Assembly (NCBI GenBank): GCA_032718475.1
Contig: JAUCBJ010005307.1
Coordinates: 1 to 64,000 of the forward strand
DNA length: 64,000 bases
Source of the DNA: Nemertoderma westbladi
Taxonomy: Eukaryota; Animalia; Xenacoelomorpha
Direction: 5' to 3'
The stretch's first letter is position 1. Every line of letters begins with the position of its first letter. The position numbers were made by a program, and so were the translations under genes. The notes below the pieces were generated by a model that was not told the origin of the DNA, searched no databases, and worked only from the letters and a program-made list of their open reading frames with translations. Shown here in pieces: positions 40,563-55,420 of this stretch.

Positions 40563-42359
40563 CAATAAGTAGATCTACAGGAGCATATCAATCAGTAGGT
40601 CTACAGGAGCATATAAATCAGTAGATCTACAGGAACATATCAATCAGTAGGTCTACAGGAGCATATCAATCAGTAGATCTACAGAAACATATCAATCAGT
40701 AGGTTTACAGGAGCATATCAATCAGTAGGTCAACAGGAGCATATCAATCAGTAGATCTACAGAAGCATATCAATCAGTAGATATACAGGAGCATATCAAT
40801 CAGTAGGTCTACAGGAGCATATCAACAATAAGTATATCTACAGAAGCATATCAATCAGTAGGTCTACAGGAGCATATCAATCAGTAGGTCTACAGGAGCA
40901 TATCAATCAGTAGGTCTACAAGAGCATATAAATCAGTAGATCTACAGGAGCATATCAATCAGTAGGTCTACAGGAGCATATCAATCAGTAGATCTACAGG
41001 AACATATCAATCAGTAGGTCTACAGGAGCATATCAATCAGTAGGTCTACAGGAGCATATCAATCAGTAGGTCAACAAGAGCATATCAATCAGTAGGTCTA
41101 CAGGAGCATATCAATCAGTAGGTCTACAAGAGCATATAAATCAGTAGATCTACAGGAGCATATCAATCAGTAGGTCTACAGGAGCATATCAATCAGTAGA
41201 TCTACAGGAACATATCAATCAGTAGGTCTACAGGAGCATATCAATCAGTAGGTCTACAGGAGCATATCAATCAGTAGGTCTACAAGAGCATATCAATCAG
41301 TAGGTCTACAAGAGCATATAAATCAGTAGATCTACAGGAACATATCAATCAGTAGGTCTACAGGAGCATATCAATCAGTAGGTCTACAGGAGCATATAAA
41401 TCAGTAGATCTACAGGAACATATCAATCAGTAGGTCTACAGGAGCATATCAATCAGTAGGTCTACAAGAGCATATAAATCAGTAGATCTACAGGAACATA
41501 TCAATCAGTAGGTCTACAGGAGCATATCAATCAGTAGGTCTACAGGAGCATATAAATCAGTAGATCTACAGGAACATATCAATCAGTAGGTCTACAGGAG
41601 CATATCAATCAGTAGGTCAACAGGAGCATATCAATCAGTAGATCTACAGAAGCATATCAATCAGTAGATATACAGGAGCATATCAATCAGTAGGTCTACA
41701 GGAGCATATCAACAATAAGTAGATCTACAGAAGCATATCAATCAGTAGGTCTACAGGAGCATATCAATCAGTAGGTCTACAGGAGCATATCAATCATTAG
41801 GTCTACAAGAGCATATAAATCAGTAGATCTACAGGAACATATCAATCAGTAGGTCTCCAGGAGCATATCAATCAGTAGGTCTACAAGAGCATATCAATCA
41901 GTAGGTCTACAGGAGCATATCAATCAGTAGATCTACAGGAGCATATCAATCAGTAGGTCTACAGGAGCATATCAATCAGTAGGTCTCCAGGAGCATATCA
42001 ATAAGTAGATCTACAGGAGCATATCAATCAGTAGGTCTACAGGAGCATATCAATCAGTAGGTCTACAGGAGCATATCAATCAGTAGGTCTACAGGAGCAC
42101 ATCAATCAGTAGGTCTACAGGAGCATATCGATCAGTAGATCTACAGGAGCATATCAATCAGTAGGTCTACAGGAGCATATCAATCAGTTGGTCTACAGGA
42201 GCATATCAATCAGTAGGTCTACAGGAGCATATCAATCAGTAGGTCTACAAGATCATATCAATCAGTAGATCTACAAGAGCATATAAATCAGTAGATCTAC
42301 AGGAGCATATCAATCAGTAGGTCTACAAGAGCATATAAATCAGTAGATCTACAGGAACA

Positions 42360-45300
42360 TAACAATCAGTAGATCTACATGAGCATATCAATCAGTAGGT
42401 TTACAGGAGCATATCAATCAGTAGGTCTACAGGAGCATATCAATCAGTAGGTCTACAGGAGCATATCAATCAGTAGGTCTACAGGAGCATATCAATCAGT
42501 AGGTCTACAAGAGCATATCAATCAGTAGATCTACAAGAGCATATAAATCAGTAGATCTACAGGAACATATCAATCAGTAGATCTACAGGAACATATCAAT
42601 CAGTAGGTCTACAGGAGCATATCAATCAGTAGGTCTACAGGAGCATATCAATCAGTAGGTCTACAAGAGCATATAAATCAGTAGATCTACAGGAGCATAT
42701 CAATCAGTAGGTCAACAGGAGCATATCAATCAGTAGGTCTACAGGAGCATATCAATCCGTAGATCTACAAGAGCATATAAATCAGTAGATCTACAGGAGC
42801 ATATCAATCAGTAGGTCTACAGGAGCATATCAATCAGTAGATCTACAGGAACATATCAATCAGTAGGTCTACAGGAGCATATCAATCAGTAGGTCTACAG
42901 GAGCATATCAATCAGTAGGTCTACAAGAGCATATAAATCAGTAGATCTACAGGAACATATCAATCAGTAGGTCTACAGGAGCATATCAATCAGTAGATAT
43001 ACAGGAACATATCAATCAGTAGATATACAGGAACATATCAATCAGTAGATCTACAGGAACATATCAATCAGTAGGTCTACAGGAGCATATCAATCAGTAG
43101 GTCTACAGGAGCATATCAATCAGTAGGTCTACAGGAGCATATCAATCAGTAGGTCTACAAGAGCATATAAATCAGTAGATCTACAGGAACATATCAATCA
43201 GTAGGTCTACAGGAGCATATCAATCAGTAGGTTTACAGGAGCATATCAATCATTAGGTCTACAGGAGCATATAAATCAGTAGATCTACAGGAACATATCA
43301 ATCAGTAGGTCTACAGGAACATATCAATCAGTAGGTCTACAGGAGCATATCAATCAGTAGGTCTACAGGAGCATATCAATCAGTAGGTCTACAAGAGCAT
43401 ATAAATCAGTAGATCTACAGGAACATATCAATCAGTAGGTCTACAGGAGCATATCAATCAGTAGGTTTACAGGAGCATATCAATCAGTAGGTCTACAGGA
43501 GCATATAAATCAGTAGGTCTACAGGAACATATCAATCAGTAGGTCTACAGGAGCATATCATTCAGTAGGTCTACAGGAGCATATCAATCAGTAGGTCTAC
43601 AGGAGCATAGCAATCAGTAGGTCTACAGGAGCATATCAATCACTAGGTCTACAGGAGCAATCAATCAGTAGATCTACAGGAGCATATCAATCAGTAGGTT
43701 TACAGGAGCATATCAATCAGTAGGTCTACAGGAGCATATCAATCAGTAGGTTTACAGGAGCATATCAACAATCAGTAGATCTACAGGAGCATATCAATCA
43801 GTAGGTTTACAGGAGCATATCAATCAGTAGATCTACAGGAGCATATCAATCAGTAGGTCTACAGGAGCATATCAATAAGTAGGTTTACAGGAGCATATCA
43901 ATCAGTAGGTTTACAGGAGCATATCAATCAGTAGGTTTACAGGAGCATATCAATCAGTAGGTTTACAGGAGCATATCAATCAGTAGGTTTACAGGAGCAT
44001 ATCAATCAGTAGGTTTACAGGAGCATATCAATCAGTAGGTTTACAGGAGCATATCAATCAGTAGATCTACAGAAACATATCAATCAGTAGGTCTACAGGA
44101 GCATATCATTCAGTAGGTCTACAGGAGCATATCAATCAGTAGGTCTACAGGAGCATATAAATCAGTAGATCTACAGGAACATATCAATCAGTAGGTCTAC
44201 AGGAGCATATCAATCAGTAGGTCTACAGGAGCATATCAATCAGTAGGTCTACAGGAGCATATCAATCAGTAGTTCTACAGGAGCATATCAATCAGTAGGT
44301 CTACAGGAGCATATCAATCAGTAGGTCTACAAGAGCATATGAATCAGTAGGTCTACAGGAGCATATCAATCATTAGGTCTACAGGAGCATATCGATCAGT
44401 AGGTCTACAGGAGCATATCAATCAGTAGGTCTACAGGAGCATAGCAATCAGTAGGTTTACAGGAGCATATCAATCAGTAGGTCTACAGGGGCATATCAAT
44501 CAGTAGGTCTACAGGAGCATATCAATCAGTAGTTCTACAGGAGCATATCAATCAGTAGGTCTACAGGAGCATATCAATCAGTAGGTCTACAAGAGCATAT
44601 GAATCAGTAGGTCTACAGGAGCATATCAATCAGTAGGTTTACAGGAGCATATCAATCAGTAGGTCTACAGGGGCATATCAATCAGTAGGTCTACAGGAGC
44701 ATATCAATCAGTAGTTCTACAGGAGCATATCAATCAGTAGGTCTACAGGAGCATATCAATCAGTAGGTCTACAAGAGCATATGAATCAGTAGGTCTACAG
44801 GAGCATATCAATCAGTAGATATACAGGAACATATCAATCAGTAGATATACAGGAGCATATCAATCAGTAGATCTACAGGAGCATATCAATCAGTAGGTCT
44901 ACATGAGTATATCGATCAGTAGGTCTACAGGAGCATATCAATCAGTAGGTCTACAGGAGCATAGCAATCAGTAGGTCTACAGGAGCATATCAATCAGTAG
45001 GTCTACACGAGCATATGAATCAGTAGTAGGTCTACAGGAGCATATCAATCAGTAGGTCTACAGGAGTATATCGATCAGTAGGTCTACAGGAGCATATCAA
45101 TCAGTAGGTCTACAGGAGCATATCAATCAGTAGGTCTACAGGAGCATATCAATCAGTAGGTCTACAGGAGCATATCAATCAGTAGGTCTACAGGAGCATA
45201 TCAATCAGTAGGTCTACAAGAGCATATGAATCAGTAGGTCTACAGGAGCATATCAATCAGTAGGTCTACAGGAGCATATCGATCAGTAGGTCTACAGGAG

Positions 45301-45586
45301 CATATCAATCAGTAGGTCTACAGGAGCATATCAATCAGTAGGTCTACAGGAGCATATCAATCAGTAGGTCTACAAGAGCATATGAATCAGTAGGTCTACA
45401 AGAGCATATGAATCAGTAGGTCTACAGGAGCATATCAATCAGTAGGTCTACAGGAGCATATCGATCAGTAGGTCTACAGGAGCATATCAATCAGTAGGTC
45501 TACAGGAGCATATCAATCAGTAGGTCTACAAGAGCATATGAATCAGTAGGTCTACAGGAGCATATCAATCAGTAGGTCTACAGGAG
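42360..45586 (+). repeat. Partial third copy (~3.2 kb) of the left part of the large duplicated block, corresponding to ~22570-25797
   Basis: Markers at +19789 from copy A: TCACTAGG at 43640, GGTCTACACG at 45000, TAGATCTACATG at 22581/42370. It has a few private substitutions (CATTAGG near 43251, GGTTTAC near 43750). Confidence 0.88.
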
Positions 45587-47819
45587 TATATCGATCAGTA
45601 GGTCTACAAGAGCATATCAATCAGTAGGTTTACAGGAGCATATCAACAATAAGTAGATCTACAGAAGCATATCAATCAGTAGGTCTACAGGAGCATATCA
45701 ATCAGTAGATCTACAGGAACATATCAATCAGTAGGTCTACAGGAGCATATCAATCAGTAGGTCTACAGGAGCATATCGAAGAGTAGATCTACAAGAGCAT
45801 ATAAATCAGTAGATCTACAGGAACATATCAATCAGTTGGTCTACAGGAGCATATCAATCAGTAGGTCTACAGGAGCATATCAATCAGTAGGTCTACAAGA
45901 TCATATGAATCAGTAGGTCTACAAGAGCATATGAATCAGTAGGTCTACAGGAGCATATCAATCAGTAGGTCTACAGGAGCATATCAATCAGTAGGTCTAC
46001 AGGAGCATATCAATCAGTAGGTCTACAGGAGCATATCAATCAGTAGGTCTACAAGATCATATCAATCAGTAGGTCTACAAGAGCATATCAATCAGTAGGT
46101 CTACAGGAGCATATCAATCAGTAGGTCTACAGGAGCATATCAATCAGTAGGTCTACAAGAGCATATCAATCAGTAGATCTACAGGAGCATATCAATCAGT
46201 AGGTCTACAGGAGCATATCAATCAGTAGGTCTACAAGAGCATATCAATCAGTAGGTCTACAGGAGCATATCAACAATCAGTAGGTCTACAGGAGCATATC
46301 AATCAGTAGATCTACAGGAACATATCAATCAGTAGGTCTACAGGAGCATATCAATCAGTAGGTCTACAAGATCATATCAATCAGTAGATCTACAAGAGCA
46401 TATAAATCAGTAGATATACAGAAGCATATCAATCAGTAGGTCTACAGGAGCATATAAATCAGTAGATCTACAGGAACATATCAATCAGTAGGTCTACAGG
46501 ACCATATCAATCAGTAGGTCTACAGGAGCATATCGATCAGTAGATCTACAAGAGCATATAAATCAGTAGATCTACAGGAACATATCAATCAGTAGATCTA
46601 CAGGAACATATCAATCAGTAGGTCTACAGGAGCATATCAATCAGTAGGTCTACAAGATCATATCAATCAGTAGATCTACAAGAGCATATAAATCAGTAGG
46701 TCTACAGGAACATATCAATCAGTAGGTCTACAGGAGCATATCAATCAGTAGGTCTACAGGAGCATATCAATCAGTAGATCTACAGGAGCATATCAATCAG
46801 TAGATCTACAGGAGCATATCAATCAGTAGGTCTACAGGAGCATATCAATCAGTAGATCTACAGGAGCATATCAATCAGTAGGTCTACAGGAGCATATCAA
46901 TCAGTAGGTCTACAAGAGCATATAAATCAGTAGATCTACAGGAACATATCAATCAGTAGGTCTACAGGACCATATCAATCAGTAGGTCTACAGGAGCATA
47001 TCGATCAGTAGATCTACAAGAGCATATAAATCAGTAGATCTACAGGAACATATCAATCAGTAGATCTACAGGAACATATCAATCAGTAGGTCTACAGGAG
47101 CATATCAATCAGTAGGTCTACAAGATCATATCAATCAGTAGATCTACAAGAGCATATAAATCAGTAGGTCTACAGGAACATATCAATCAGTAGGTCTACA
47201 GGAGCATATCAATCAGTAGGTCTACAGGAGCATATCAATCAGTAGATCTACAGGAGCATATCAATCAGTAGATCTACAGGAGCATATCAATCAGTAGGTC
47301 TACAGGAGCATATCAATCAGTAGATCTACAGGAGCATATCAATCAGTAGGTCTACAGGAGCATATCAATCAGTAGGTCTACAGGAGCATATCAACAATCA
47401 GTAGGTCTACAGGAGCATATCAATCAGTAGATCTACAGGAGCATATCAATCAGTAGGTCTACAGGAGCATATCAATCAGTAGGTCTACAGGAGCATATCA
47501 ATCAGTAGGTCTACAAGAGCATATCAATCAGTAGGTCTACAGGAGCATATCAATCAGTAGGTCTACAGGAGCATATCAATCAGTAGGTCTACAGGAGCAT
47601 ATCAATCAGTAGATCTACAGGAACATATCAATCAGTAGGTCTACAGGACCATATCAATCAGTAGGTCTACAGGAGTATATCAATCAGTAGGTCTACAAGA
47701 GCATATAAATCAGTAGATCTACAGGAACATATCAATCAGTAGGTCTACAGGAGCATATCGATCAGTAGATCTACAAGAGCATATAAATCAGTAGATCTAC
47801 AGGAACATATCAATCAGTA

Positions 47820-50800
47820 GGTCTACAGGAGCATATCAATCAGTAGGTCTACAGGAGCATATCAATCAGTAGGTCTACAAGAGCATATCAATCAGTAGGT
47901 CTACAGGAGCATATCAACAATCAGTAGGTCTACAGGAGCATATCAATCAGTAGATCTACAGGAGCATATCAATCAGTAGGTCTACAGGAGTATATCAATC
48001 AGTAGGTCTACAAGATCATATCAATCAGTAGATCTACAAGAGCATATAAATCAGTAGATATACAGGAACATATCAATCAGTAGGTCTACAGGAGCATATC
48101 AATCAGTAGGTCTACAGGAGCATATCAATCAGTAGATCTACATGAGCATATCAATCAGTAGGTCTACAAGAGCATATCAATCAGTAGGTCTACAGGAGCA
48201 TATCAATCAGTAGGTCTACAGGAGCATATCAATCAGTAGGTCTACAGGAGCATATCGATCAGTAGATCTACAAGAGCATATAAATCAGTAGATCTACAGG
48301 AACATATCAATCAGTAGGTCTACAGGAGCATATCAATCAGTAGGTCTACAGGAGCATATCAATCAGTAGGTCTACAGGAGCATATCGATCAGTAGATCTA
48401 CAAGAGCATATAAATCAGTAGATCTACAGGAACATATCAATCAGTAGGTCTACAGGAGCATATCAATCAGTAGGTCTACAGGAGCATATCAATCAGTAGA
48501 TCTACATGAGCATATCAATCAGTAGGTCTACAAGAGCATATCAATCAGTAGGTCTACAGGAGCATATCGATCAGTAGATCTACAAGAGCATATAAATCAG
48601 TAGATCTACAGGAACATATCAATCAGTAGGTCTACAGGAGCATATCAATCAGTAGGTCTACAGGAGCATATCAATCAGTAGGTCTACAGGAGCATATCAA
48701 TCAGTAGATATACAGGAACATATCAATCAGTAGATATACAGGAACATATCAATCAGTAGATATACAGGAACATATCAATCAGTAGATATACAGGAACATA
48801 TCAATCAGTAGATATACAGGAACATATCAATCAGTAGATCTACAGGAACATATCAATCAGTAGATCTACAGGAACATATCAATCAGTAGATCTACAGGAA
48901 CATATCAATCAGTAGGTCTACAAGAGCATATAAATCAGTAGATCTACAGGAACATACCAATCAGTAGGTCTACAGGAACATATCAATCAGTAGGTCTACA
49001 AGAGCATATCAATCAGTAGGTCTACAGGAGCATATCGATCAGTAGATCTACAAGAGCATATAAATCAGTAGATCTACAGGAACATATCAATCAGTAGGTC
49101 TACAGGAGCATATCAATCAGTAGGTCTACAGGAGCATATCAATCAGTAGGTCTACAGGAGCATATCAATCAGTAGATATACAGGAACATATCAATCAGTA
49201 GATATACAGGAACATATCAATCAGTAGATATACAGGAACATATCAATCAGTAGATATACAGGAACATATCAATCAGTAGATATACAGGAACATATCAATC
49301 AGTAGATCTACAGGAGCATATCAATCAGTAGGTCTACAGGAGCATATCAATCAGTAGATCTACATGAGCATATCAATCAGTAGGTCTACAAGAGCATATC
49401 AATCAGTAGGTCTACAGGAGCATATCAATCAGTAGGTCTACAGGAGCATATCAATCAGTAGGTCTACAGGAGCATATCGATCAGTAGATCTACAAGAGCA
49501 TATAAATCAGTAGATCTACAGGAACATATCAATCAGTAGGTCTACAGGAGCATATCAATCAGTAGGTCTACAGGAGCATATCAATCAGTAGGTCTACAGG
49601 AGCATATCGATCAGTAGATCTACAAGAGCATATAAATCAGTAGATCTACAGGAACATATCAATCAGTAGGTCTACAGGAGCATATCAATCAGTAGGTCTA
49701 CAGGAGCATATCAATCAGTAGATCTACATGAGCATATCAATCAGTAGGTCTACAAGAGCATATCAATCAGTAGGTCTACAGGAGCATATCGATCAGTAGA
49801 TCTACAAGAGCATATAAATCAGTAGATCTACAGGAACATATCAATCAGTAGGTCTACAGGAGCATATCAATCAGTAGGTCTACAGGAGCATATCAATCAG
49901 TAGGTCTACAGGAGCATATCAATCAGTAGATATACAGGAACATATCAATCAGTAGATATACAGGAACATATCAATCAGTAGATATACAGGAACATATCAA
50001 TCAGTAGATATACAGGAACATATCAATCAGTAGATATACAGGAACATATCAATCAGTAGATCTACAGGAACATATCAATCAGTAGATCTACAGGAACATA
50101 TCAATCAGTAGATCTACAGGAACATATCAATCAGTAGGTCTACAAGAGCATATAAATCAGTAGATCTACAGGAACATACCAATCAGTAGGTCTACAGGAA
50201 CATATCAATCAGTAGGTCTACAAGAGCATATCAATCAGTAGGTCTACAGGAGCATATCGATCAGTAGATCTACAAGAGCATATAAATCAGTAGATCTACA
50301 GGAACATATCAATCAGTAGGTCTACAGGAGCATATCAATCAGTAGGTCTACAGGAGCATATCAATCAGTAGGTCTACAGGAGCATATCAATCAGTAGATA
50401 TACAGGAACATATCAATCAGTAGATATACAGGAACATATCAATCAGTAGATATACAGGAACATATCAATCAGTAGATATACAGGAACATATCAATCAGTA
50501 GATATACAGGAACATATCAATCAGTAGATCTACAGGAACATATCAATCAGTAGGTCTACAAGAGCATATCAATCAGTAGGTCTACAGGAGCATATCGATC
50601 AGTAGGTCTACAGGAGCATATCAATCAGTAGGTCTACAGGAGCATATCAATCAGTAGGTCTACAGGAGCATATCAATCAGTAGATATACAGGAACATATC
50701 AATCAGTAGATATACAGGAACATATCAATCAGTAGATATACAGGAACATATCAATCAGTAGATATACAGGAACATATCAATCAGTAGATATACAGGAACA

Positions 50801-53800
50801 TATCAATCAGTAGATCTACAGGAACATATCAATCAGTAGGTCTACAGGACCATATCAATCAGTAGGTCTACAGGAGCATATCGATCAGTAGATCTACAAG
50901 AGCATATAAATCAGTAGATCTACAGGAACATATCAATCAGTAGATCTACAGGAACATATCAATCAGTAGGTCTACAGGAGCATATCAATCAGTAGGTCTA
51001 CAAGATCATATCAATCAGTAGATCTACAAGAGCATATAAATCAGTAGGTCTACAGGAACATATCAATCAGTAGGTCTACAGGAGCATATCAATCAGTAGG
51101 TCTACAGGAGCATATCAATCAGTAGATCTACAGGAGCATATCAATCAGTAGATCTACAGGAGCATATCAATCAGTAGGTCTACAGGAGCATATCAATCAG
51201 TAGATCTACAGGAGCATATCAATCAGTAGGTCTACAGGAGCATATCAATCAGTAGGTCTACAGGAGCATATCAACAATCAGTAGGTCTACAGGAGCATAT
51301 CAATCAGTAGATCTACAGGAGCATATCAATCAGTAGGTCTACAGGAGCATATCAATCAGTAGGTCTACAGGAGCATATCAACAATCAGTAGGTCTACAGG
51401 AGCATATCAATCAGTAGATCTACAGGAGCATATCAATCAGTAGGTCTACAGGAGCATATCAATCAGTAGGTCTACAGGAGCATATCAATCAGTAGGTCTA
51501 CAGGAGCATATCAATCAGTAGGTCTACAGGAGCATATCAATCAGTAGTTCTACAGGAGCATATCAATCAGTAGGTCTACAGGAGCATATCAATCAGTAGG
51601 TCTACAGGAGCATATCAATCAGTAGGTCTACAGGAGCATATCAATCAGTAGGTCTGCAGGAGCATATCAATCAGTAGGTCTACAGGAGCATATCAATCAG
51701 TAGGTCTACAGGAGCATATCAATCAGTAGGTCTACAGGAGCATATAAATCAGTAGATCTACAAGAGCATATCAATCAGTAGGTCTACAAGAGCATATCAA
51801 TCAGTAGGTCTACAGGAGCATATCAACAATAAGTAGGTCTACAGGAGCATATCAATCAGTAGGTCTACAGGAGCATATCAATCAGTAGGTCTACAGGAGC
51901 ATATCAATCAGCAGGTCTACAGGAGCATATCAATCAGTAGATCTACAGGAACATATCAATCAGTAGGTCTACAGGAGCATATCAATCAGTAGGTCTACAA
52001 GAGCATATAAATCAGTAGATCTACAGGAACATATCAATCAGTAGGTCTACAGGAGCATATCAATCAGTAGGTCTACAAGAGCATATAAATCAGTAGATCT
52101 ACAGGAACATATCAATCAGTAGGTCTACAGGAGCATATCAATCAGTAGGTCTACAGGAGCATATCAATCAGTAGGTCTACAGGAGCATATCAATCAGTAG
52201 GTCTACAGGAGCATATCAATCAGTAGGTCTACAGGAGCATATCAATCAGTAGGTCTACAGGAGCATATCAATCAGTAGATATACAGGAACATATCAATCA
52301 GTAGGTCTACAGGAGCATATCAATCAGTAGATCTACAGGAGCATATCAATCAGTAGGTCTACAGGAGCATATCAATCAGTAGGTCTACAGGAGCATATCA
52401 ATCAGTAGGTCTACAAGAGCATATCAATCAGTAGATCTACAGGAACATATCAATCAGTAGGTCTACAGGAGCATATCAATCAGTAGGTCTACAGGAGCAT
52501 ATCAATCAGTAGATCTACAGGAACATATCAATCAGTAGGTCTACAGGAGCATATCAATCAGTAGGTCTACAGGAGCATATCAATCAGTAGGTCTACAGGA
52601 GCATATCAATCAGTAGGTCTACAGGAGCATATCAATCAGTAGGTCTACAGGAGCATATCAATCAGTAGGTCTACAGGAGCATATCAATCAGTAGGTTTAC
52701 AGGAGCATATCAATCAGTAGGTCTACAGGAGCATATCAATCAGTAGGTCTACAAGAGCATATCAATCAGTAGGTCTACAGGAGCATATAAATCAGTAGGT
52801 CTACAGGAGCATATCAATCAGTAGGTCTACAGGAGCATATAAATCAGTAGGTCTACAGGAGCATATAAATCAGTAGGTCTACAGGAGCATATCAATCAGT
52901 AGGTCTACAGGAGCATATAAATCAGTAGGTCTACAGGAGCATATCAATCAGCAGGTCTACAGGAGCATATCAATCAGCAGGTCTACAGGAGCATATCAAT
53001 CAGTAGGTCTACAAGAGCATATCAATCAGTAGGTTTACAGGAGCATATCAATCAGTAGGTCTACAGGAGCATATAAATCAGTAGGTCTACAGGAGCATAT
53101 CAATCAGTAGGTCTACAGGAGCATATCAATCAGTAGGTCTACAGGAGCATATCAATCAGTAGGTCTACAGGAGCATATCAATCAGTAGGTCTACAGGAGC
53201 ATATCAATCAGCAGGTCTACAGGAGCATATCAATCAGTAGATCTACAGGAGCATATCAATCAGTAGGTCTACATGAGCATATCAATCAGTAGGTTTACAG
53301 GAGCATATCAATCAGTAGGTCTACAGGAACATATCAATCAGTAGGTCTACAGGAGCATATCAATCAGTAGGTCTACAAGATCATATCAATCAGTAGATCT
53401 ACAAGAGCATATAAATCAGTAGGTCTACAGGAACATATCAATCAGTAGGTCTACAGGAGCATATCAATCAGTAGGTCTACAGGAGCATATCAATCAGTAG
53501 ATCTACAGGAGCATATCAACAATCAGTAGGTCTACAGGAGCATATCAATCAGTAGGTCTACAAGAGCATATCAATCAGTAGGTCTACAGGAGCATATCAA
53601 CAATCAGTAGGTCTACAGGAGCATATCAATCAGTAGGTCTACAGGAGCATATCAATCAGTAGGTCTACAAGAGCATATCAATCAGTAGGTCTACAGGAGC
53701 ATATCAATCAGTAGGTCTACAGGAGCATATCAATCAGTAGGTCTACAAGAGCATATCAATCAGTAGGTCTACAGGAGCATATCAATCAGTAGGTCTACAA

Positions 53801-55420
53801 GAGCATATCAATCAGTAGGTCTACAGGAGCATATCAACAATCAGTAGGTCTACAGGAGCATATCAATCAGTAGGTCTACAAGAGCATATCAATCAGTAGG
53901 TCTACAGGAGCATATCAACAATCAGTAGGTCTACAGGAGCATATCAATCAGTAGGTCTACAGGAGCATATCAATCAGTAGGTCTACAAGAGCATATCAAT
54001 CAGTAGGTCTACAGGAGCATATCAACAATCAGTAGGTCTACAGGAGCATATCAATCAGTAGATCTACAGGAGCATATCAATCAGTAGGTCTACAGGAGTA
54101 TATCAATCAGTAGGTCTACAAGATCATATCAATCAGTAGATCTACAAGAGCATATAAATCAGTAGATATACAGGAACATATCAATCAGTAGGTCTACAGG
54201 AGCATATCAATCAGTAGGTCTACAGGAGCATATCAATCAGTAGATCTACATGAGCATATCAATCAGTAGGTCTACAAGAGCATATCAATCAGTAGGTCTA
54301 CAGGAGCATATCAATCAGTAGGTCTACAGGAGCATATCAATCAGTAGGTCTACAGGAGCATATCGATCAGTAGATCTACAAGAGCATATAAATCAGTAGA
54401 TCTACAGGAACATATCAATCAGTAGGTCTACAGGAGCATATCAATCAGTAGGTCTACAGGAGCATATCAATCAGTAGGTCTACAGGAGCATATCGATCAG
54501 TAGATCTACAAGAGCATATAAATCAGTAGATCTACAGGAACATATCAATCAGTAGGTCTACAGGAGCATATCAATCAGTAGGTCTACAGGAGCATATCAA
54601 TCAGTAGATCTACATGAGCATATCAATCAGTAGGTCTACAAGAGCATATCAATCAGTAGGTCTACAGGAGCATATCGATCAGTAGATCTACAAGAGCATA
54701 TAAATCAGTAGATCTACAGGAACATATCAATCAGTAGGTCTACAGGAGCATATCAATCAGTAGGTCTACAGGAGCATATCAATCAGTAGGTCTACAGGAG
54801 CATATCAATCAGTAGATATACAGGAACATATCAATCAGTAGATATACAGGAACATATCAATCAGTAGATATACAGGAACATATCAATCAGTAGATATACA
54901 GGAACATATCAATCAGTAGATATACAGGAACATATCAATCAGTAGATCTACAGGAACATATCAATCAGTAGATCTACAGGAACATATCAATCAGTAGATC
55001 TACAGGAACATATCAATCAGTAGGTCTACAAGAGCATATAAATCAGTAGATCTACAGGAACATACCAATCAGTAGGTCTACAGGAACATATCAATCAGTA
55101 GGTCTACAAGAGCATATCAATCAGTAGGTCTACAGGAGCATATCGATCAGTAGATCTACAAGAGCATATAAATCAGTAGATCTACAGGAACATATCAATC
55201 AGTAGGTCTACAGGAGCATATCAATCAGTAGGTCTACAGGAGCATATCAATCAGTAGGTCTACAGGAGCATATCAATCAGTAGATATACAGGAACATATC
55301 AATCAGTAGATATACAGGAACATATCAATCAGTAGATATACAGGAACATATCAATCAGTAGATATACAGGAACATATCAATCAGTAGATATACAGGAACA
55401 TATCAATCAGTAGATCTACA
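47820..55420 (+). repeat. 1222-bp (47-unit) tandem duplication at ~48090-50540, with a dispersed third copy at ~53930-55420
   Basis: The rare variant AACATACCAA occurs at 48951, 50173 (+1222) and 55059 (+6108). The GGAGTATATC variant T sits at 47991/54099 (+6108). The copies share runs of five AGATATACAGGAAC units. Confidence 0.85.
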
